A stretch of 49,944 bases of DNA from an uncultured Olsenella sp. (GTDB lineage Bacteria; Actinomycetota; Coriobacteriia; Coriobacteriales; Atopobiaceae): NCBI GenBank assembly GCA_947253595.1, contig CAMXZR010000001.1, forward strand, positions 1 to 49,944, read 5' to 3'. The notes beneath the pieces are model-generated. The model was given only the letters and a program-made list of their open reading frames with translations, ran no database searches and was not told the DNA's origin. Below are positions 47,052-49,944 of this stretch, piece by piece (position 1 is the first letter of the stretch; every line of letters begins with the position of its first letter). The translations under genes were made by a program, and so were the position numbers.

Positions 47052-47379
47052 GCGGGCGTCGCACCTTCCTTTCCTGCCCCGCGTCGTTGGGCGCGTGGGC
47101 TGCCCAGTTGCTCGGCAGCCCACGCTCAAGATAAAAACGTTCCAGCACTGCAACTGTGACAGGCAATGGGGCGAACGGCACCATCTATGGGCCGAAACCA
47201 TCGAAATCGCCAGAACTCGCCCAGTCAGTCTGAAAAAGCAGGCTCATTGTGCGCTATTTTACCTGGATGAGATGCTGTCTGGACAGAGGGGCTCGCGAGG
47301 GTGCCCTCCCCTGCTCTCCAAGCGGGAAACGCCAGCTCATGGCACGCTTCCGGACGTTGCCGCCGATCGCGCCTCGCCG

Positions 47380-47748
47380 CTACGGCTTGCGCTGGCGACG
47401 ATGGCCACGAGGCCTTCTCGCCTTGGCGCTCCCCTCCATGATGGTGTGGACGGCGTCACGGATGTTGGGCGGCGTGCGCTGGTAGAGGTCGGCGAACTCG
47501 AAGTAGCTGTCCTCGGCGAGGTAGCCGCGGCGGTCGCCCTCGCCCTCGCCTTCCTCGATGCCGAAGAGCTCGTTGGGCGTGCACGAGAGGATCCGGCAGA
47601 GGTCCCAGACGTAGGTCGACTTGAGGGCGTTGCGGCCCACCTCCCACGCGTTGTAGGTCGACTCCCCGACGCCCAGCTCCGTGGCGACGTCGGACTGGTT
47701 CTTGCCCGACATCTCCCTCAGCTCCCTGAGCCTCAGCCTTCGTTCCAC
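47380..47748 (-). CDS. XRE family helix-turn-helix regulator
   Basis: LRELREMSGKNQSDVATELGVGESTYNAWEVG...LCRILSCTPNELFG. Confidence 0.9.
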   Translation of the reverse strand: MERRLRLRELREMSGKNQSDVATELGVGESTYNAWEVGRNALKSTYVWDLCRILSCTPNELFGIEEGEGEGDRRGYLAEDSYFEFADLYQRTPPNIRDAVHTIMEGSAKARRPRGHRRQRKP

Positions 47749-47924
47749 CGCTTCTCTCCCATGCGTCGGCCTGCCTGCATGGGGCCATTCTTTATGAGGA
47801 AGCGTCGGCCGAGTATACGAGCCATATTGAAATGCCTGAGTTGGCCACCAAACTCTATGTACCGTAGACTCTGGGGCACCATTGGCAATAGAGGCATGTT
47901 GGAGATTCGCGAACGGAGAAGACC

Positions 47925-48104
47925 ATGGACGGCGAGAGGGACTTCACCACCCCAGACCAGGACCAGCTGTACTTTCTGAGCGAGCTGGGAAAAACCGTGA
48001 GCTACGCAGAGATGACGGCAGAGATCGACCCCATGCTCCTGCCCAGCAGCTCGGAGGACCTGGCGCTCCTGTTCGACCTCATGGGCGCGACGCCCGTGGA
48101 GTAG
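47925..48104 (+). CDS. Small acidic hypothetical protein (59 aa; absent from the ORF track)
   Basis: GGAGA ribosome-binding site 5 nt upstream; MDGERDFTTPDQDQLYFLSELGKTVSYAEMTAEIDPMLLPSSSEDLALLFDLMGATPVE; GC3-rich codons. Confidence 0.65.
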   Translation: MDGERDFTTPDQDQLYFLSELGKTVSYAEMTAEIDPMLLPSSSEDLALLFDLMGATPVE

Positions 48105-48247
48105 CGCCGACGCGCGACCGGCCGCATGCGGCATGCTGGAAGGCGAGCACCTCTTCTAGAAAAGTGATGTGGTCCTCCCTCGAAAAAGTGAGATGCTTGG
48201 GCAATCGCAGGTCAGAAAGCCACTTGCGAACGACTGGGGAGGCAAAC

Positions 48248-49204
48248 ATGAGGCTGCAGCAGCTGCGCTACGTCATAGCCGTCGCCGAGACCGGCTCGAT
48301 CAACGCCGTCGCCCACGCGCTCTTCGTCTCGCAGTCGAGCCTCTCCGTGGCTATCAAGGAGCTCGAGGGCGAGATGGGCATCACCATCTTCAACCGCTCG
48401 AGCCGCGGCATCTCGCTCACCAGCGAGGGCGTCGAGTTCCTGAGCTATGCGCGCCAGGTGGTCGAGCAGGCAGACCTGCTCCAGAGCCGCTACGCGGGCG
48501 ACCGCACAAGCGCCTCGCGGCGTCTCTCGGTCTCGTCGCAGCACTACGCCTTCGCCGTGAACGCCTTCATCGACTTCGTGTCCGAGCACGACGACGCCAG
48601 CTGCGAGTTCACCCTGCGCGAGACGCGCACCGCCGACGTGATCGAGGACGTCCGGGGCTTCAAGAGCGACCTGGGCATCCTGTACCTGGGCACCTCGAAC
48701 GAGCGCGCCCTGCAGCGGCGCTTCGACGAGGTGGGCCTCACCTTCACCCCGCTCTTCAAGGCGCGGCCCCACGTCTTCGTGCACGAGGGGCACCCGCTCG
48801 CACGGCTCGGAACGGTACGGGTCAAGGACCTCGCGCGCTGGCCCCGCTACACCTTCGAGCAGGGGCCGCAGAGCTCGCTCTTCTATTCCGAGGAGCCCCT
48901 GAGCTCGCTGCCCCACGAAAGGCGCATCGTGGCAAGCGACCGTGCCACGATGACGAGCCTGCTGCGCGACTACGAGGGCTTCCTGGTGTCCACCGGCGTG
49001 AGGTCGGACGAGATGTACTCGGGCATCGTGTCGCTCCCGCTCGAGACCGACGAGGTCATGAACGTGGGCTACGTCGTCCATGCCGAACGGCGCCTGAGCG
49101 AGCTCGCGCGCGCCTACGTCAAGAAGCTGAACGCCCTGATCGTCAGCTTCGACGACCAGAGCGTCCTGGTCCCCTCAAGAGGCGCGCTCAGGGACAGATC
49201 CTGA
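48248..49204 (+). CDS. LysR family regulator (CpsY/MtaR/CysR-like subgroup)
   Basis: MRLQQLRYVIAVAETGSINAVAHALFVSQSSLSVAIKELE, VSSQHYAFAVNAF and F.LRETRT motifs; GGAGG ribosome-binding site. Confidence 0.92.
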   Translation: MRLQQLRYVIAVAETGSINAVAHALFVSQSSLSVAIKELEGEMGITIFNRSSRGISLTSEGVEFLSYARQVVEQADLLQSRYAGDRTSASRRLSVSSQHYAFAVNAFIDFVSEHDDASCEFTLRETRTADVIEDVRGFKSDLGILYLGTSNERALQRRFDEVGLTFTPLFKARPHVFVHEGHPLARLGTVRVKDLARWPRYTFEQGPQSSLFYSEEPLSSLPHERRIVASDRATMTSLLRDYEGFLVSTGVRSDEMYSGIVSLPLETDEVMNVGYVVHAERRLSELARAYVKKLNALIVSFDDQSVLVPSRGALRDRS

Positions 49205-49285
49205 GGGGTCAGCGGTTACCGCGAGGGAGCGGGCGCGGGATGGTAAGCGCTCCGCGGCGTGTACGGACGGGGAGGCTTGCAGTCC

Positions 49286-49690
49286 CTAGCGGGCGGCGTC
49301 CTCGGCGACCCTGCGCGCCAGCACGAGCACGGCAAGCGAGGCGAGCGCGAGCAGCACGGCAAGGACGAGCGCCGCAATCATGCCACCCATCTGCACGCAG
49401 GCAACCGCCAGCACGTTCACCACAAGCAGCACCCAGACGGACGCCCTCTGCCCCGCGACCCGACGCGGGGCGTTCGCCGCGCGCGCGAGGCGGCCGCCCA
49501 GAACGACGCTCGCAATCCCCGAGACGAGGGCCACGAGCCCCAGGATGAAGCCACCCAGAGGCGCGCTGCCGTTGGAGACGTCACCCGGCAGCAGCCCCAG
49601 CTCGAGGAGGATGCCCTCGACCACCGCCAGCACACCCAGGAGCAGCACGGCAATGGAGAGGACCTTCAGACCCTTCTGCGCTCCCATCAT
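49286..49690 (-). CDS. Hypothetical four-TM membrane protein
   Basis: Four hydrophobic segments; ATG after AAGGAG. Confidence 0.7.
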   Translation of the reverse strand: MMGAQKGLKVLSIAVLLLGVLAVVEGILLELGLLPGDVSNGSAPLGGFILGLVALVSGIASVVLGGRLARAANAPRRVAGQRASVWVLLVVNVLAVACVQMGGMIAALVLAVLLALASLAVLVLARRVAEDAAR

Positions 49691-49944
49691 GAGGAGCTCC
49701 TTTCCCTCGGCTCGGCCCCGGCGAACGACCGGAACCCCACGTTTCTTTCCCCCGATGATACCCAAGGGCCGACGCAACGCGCGGCGGGACGGACCAGCAA
49801 AGTCAACGCGTCGCGCGGGCACTGGTGCGCGCGTCGTTGCGGCGCTCGGCGAGCAGGCGTAAAGTCAGGTGGACGAGAGGCCCCTCGGCCGTCCTCGCAC
49901 GGCCGCGGCAATACGCGGGACAGCCTTCGGCCCCACCCACATGC

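Noticed and set aside
49770..49840. Possible additional repeat-family element (GGACCAGCAAAG with GCGC-rich flanks)
   Set aside because: Spacing fits neither the N14 nor the N66 geometry.

Overview
GC-rich chromosomal segment whose gene content and style point to Coriobacteriia (Olsenella/Atopobiaceae-like); this is an inference. Most of it is housekeeping and transport: CHAP-type cell-wall hydrolase, two LysR regulators, amidohydrolase plus APC permease, yaaA, nucleoid-associated protein, PTS EIIA, gldA, DUF1846, an Fbp/Afu-type ABC transporter, MarR-degV, a TPP-riboswitch-controlled thiamine/HMP ABC operon, lysophospholipase-glpK, SPFH-RHH, M20 peptidase, PASTA protein, GIY-YIG, metY, a sugar transferase and pepT. 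Five things stand out. (1) A DUF559/Vsr-like nuclease-fold ORF (16222-17358) is bracketed by two ~187-bp arrays with nearly identical geometry: GCGCA-N14-TGCGC palindromes at +60/+43/+60-61 spacing with a TGACCNGNNAAAC-like core. Solo copies of the element lie in other intergenic regions, a REP/RAYT-like arrangement but with a different enzyme fold. (2) A dlt-like MBOAT/SGNH-like/adenylation-domain/PLP-decarboxylase/carrier-protein operon. (3) A TPP riboswitch with an extra hairpin and a degenerate second copy 270 bp upstream. (4) A decayed NEAT-LRR-LPXTG surface-protein gene behind an AT-rich operator-rich region. (5) A 59-aa acidic ORF missing from the ORF track, divergent from an XRE regulator. 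No tRNA, rRNA, CRISPR-cas or recognisable transposase/integrase was seen. All calls were made by eye, without database searches.
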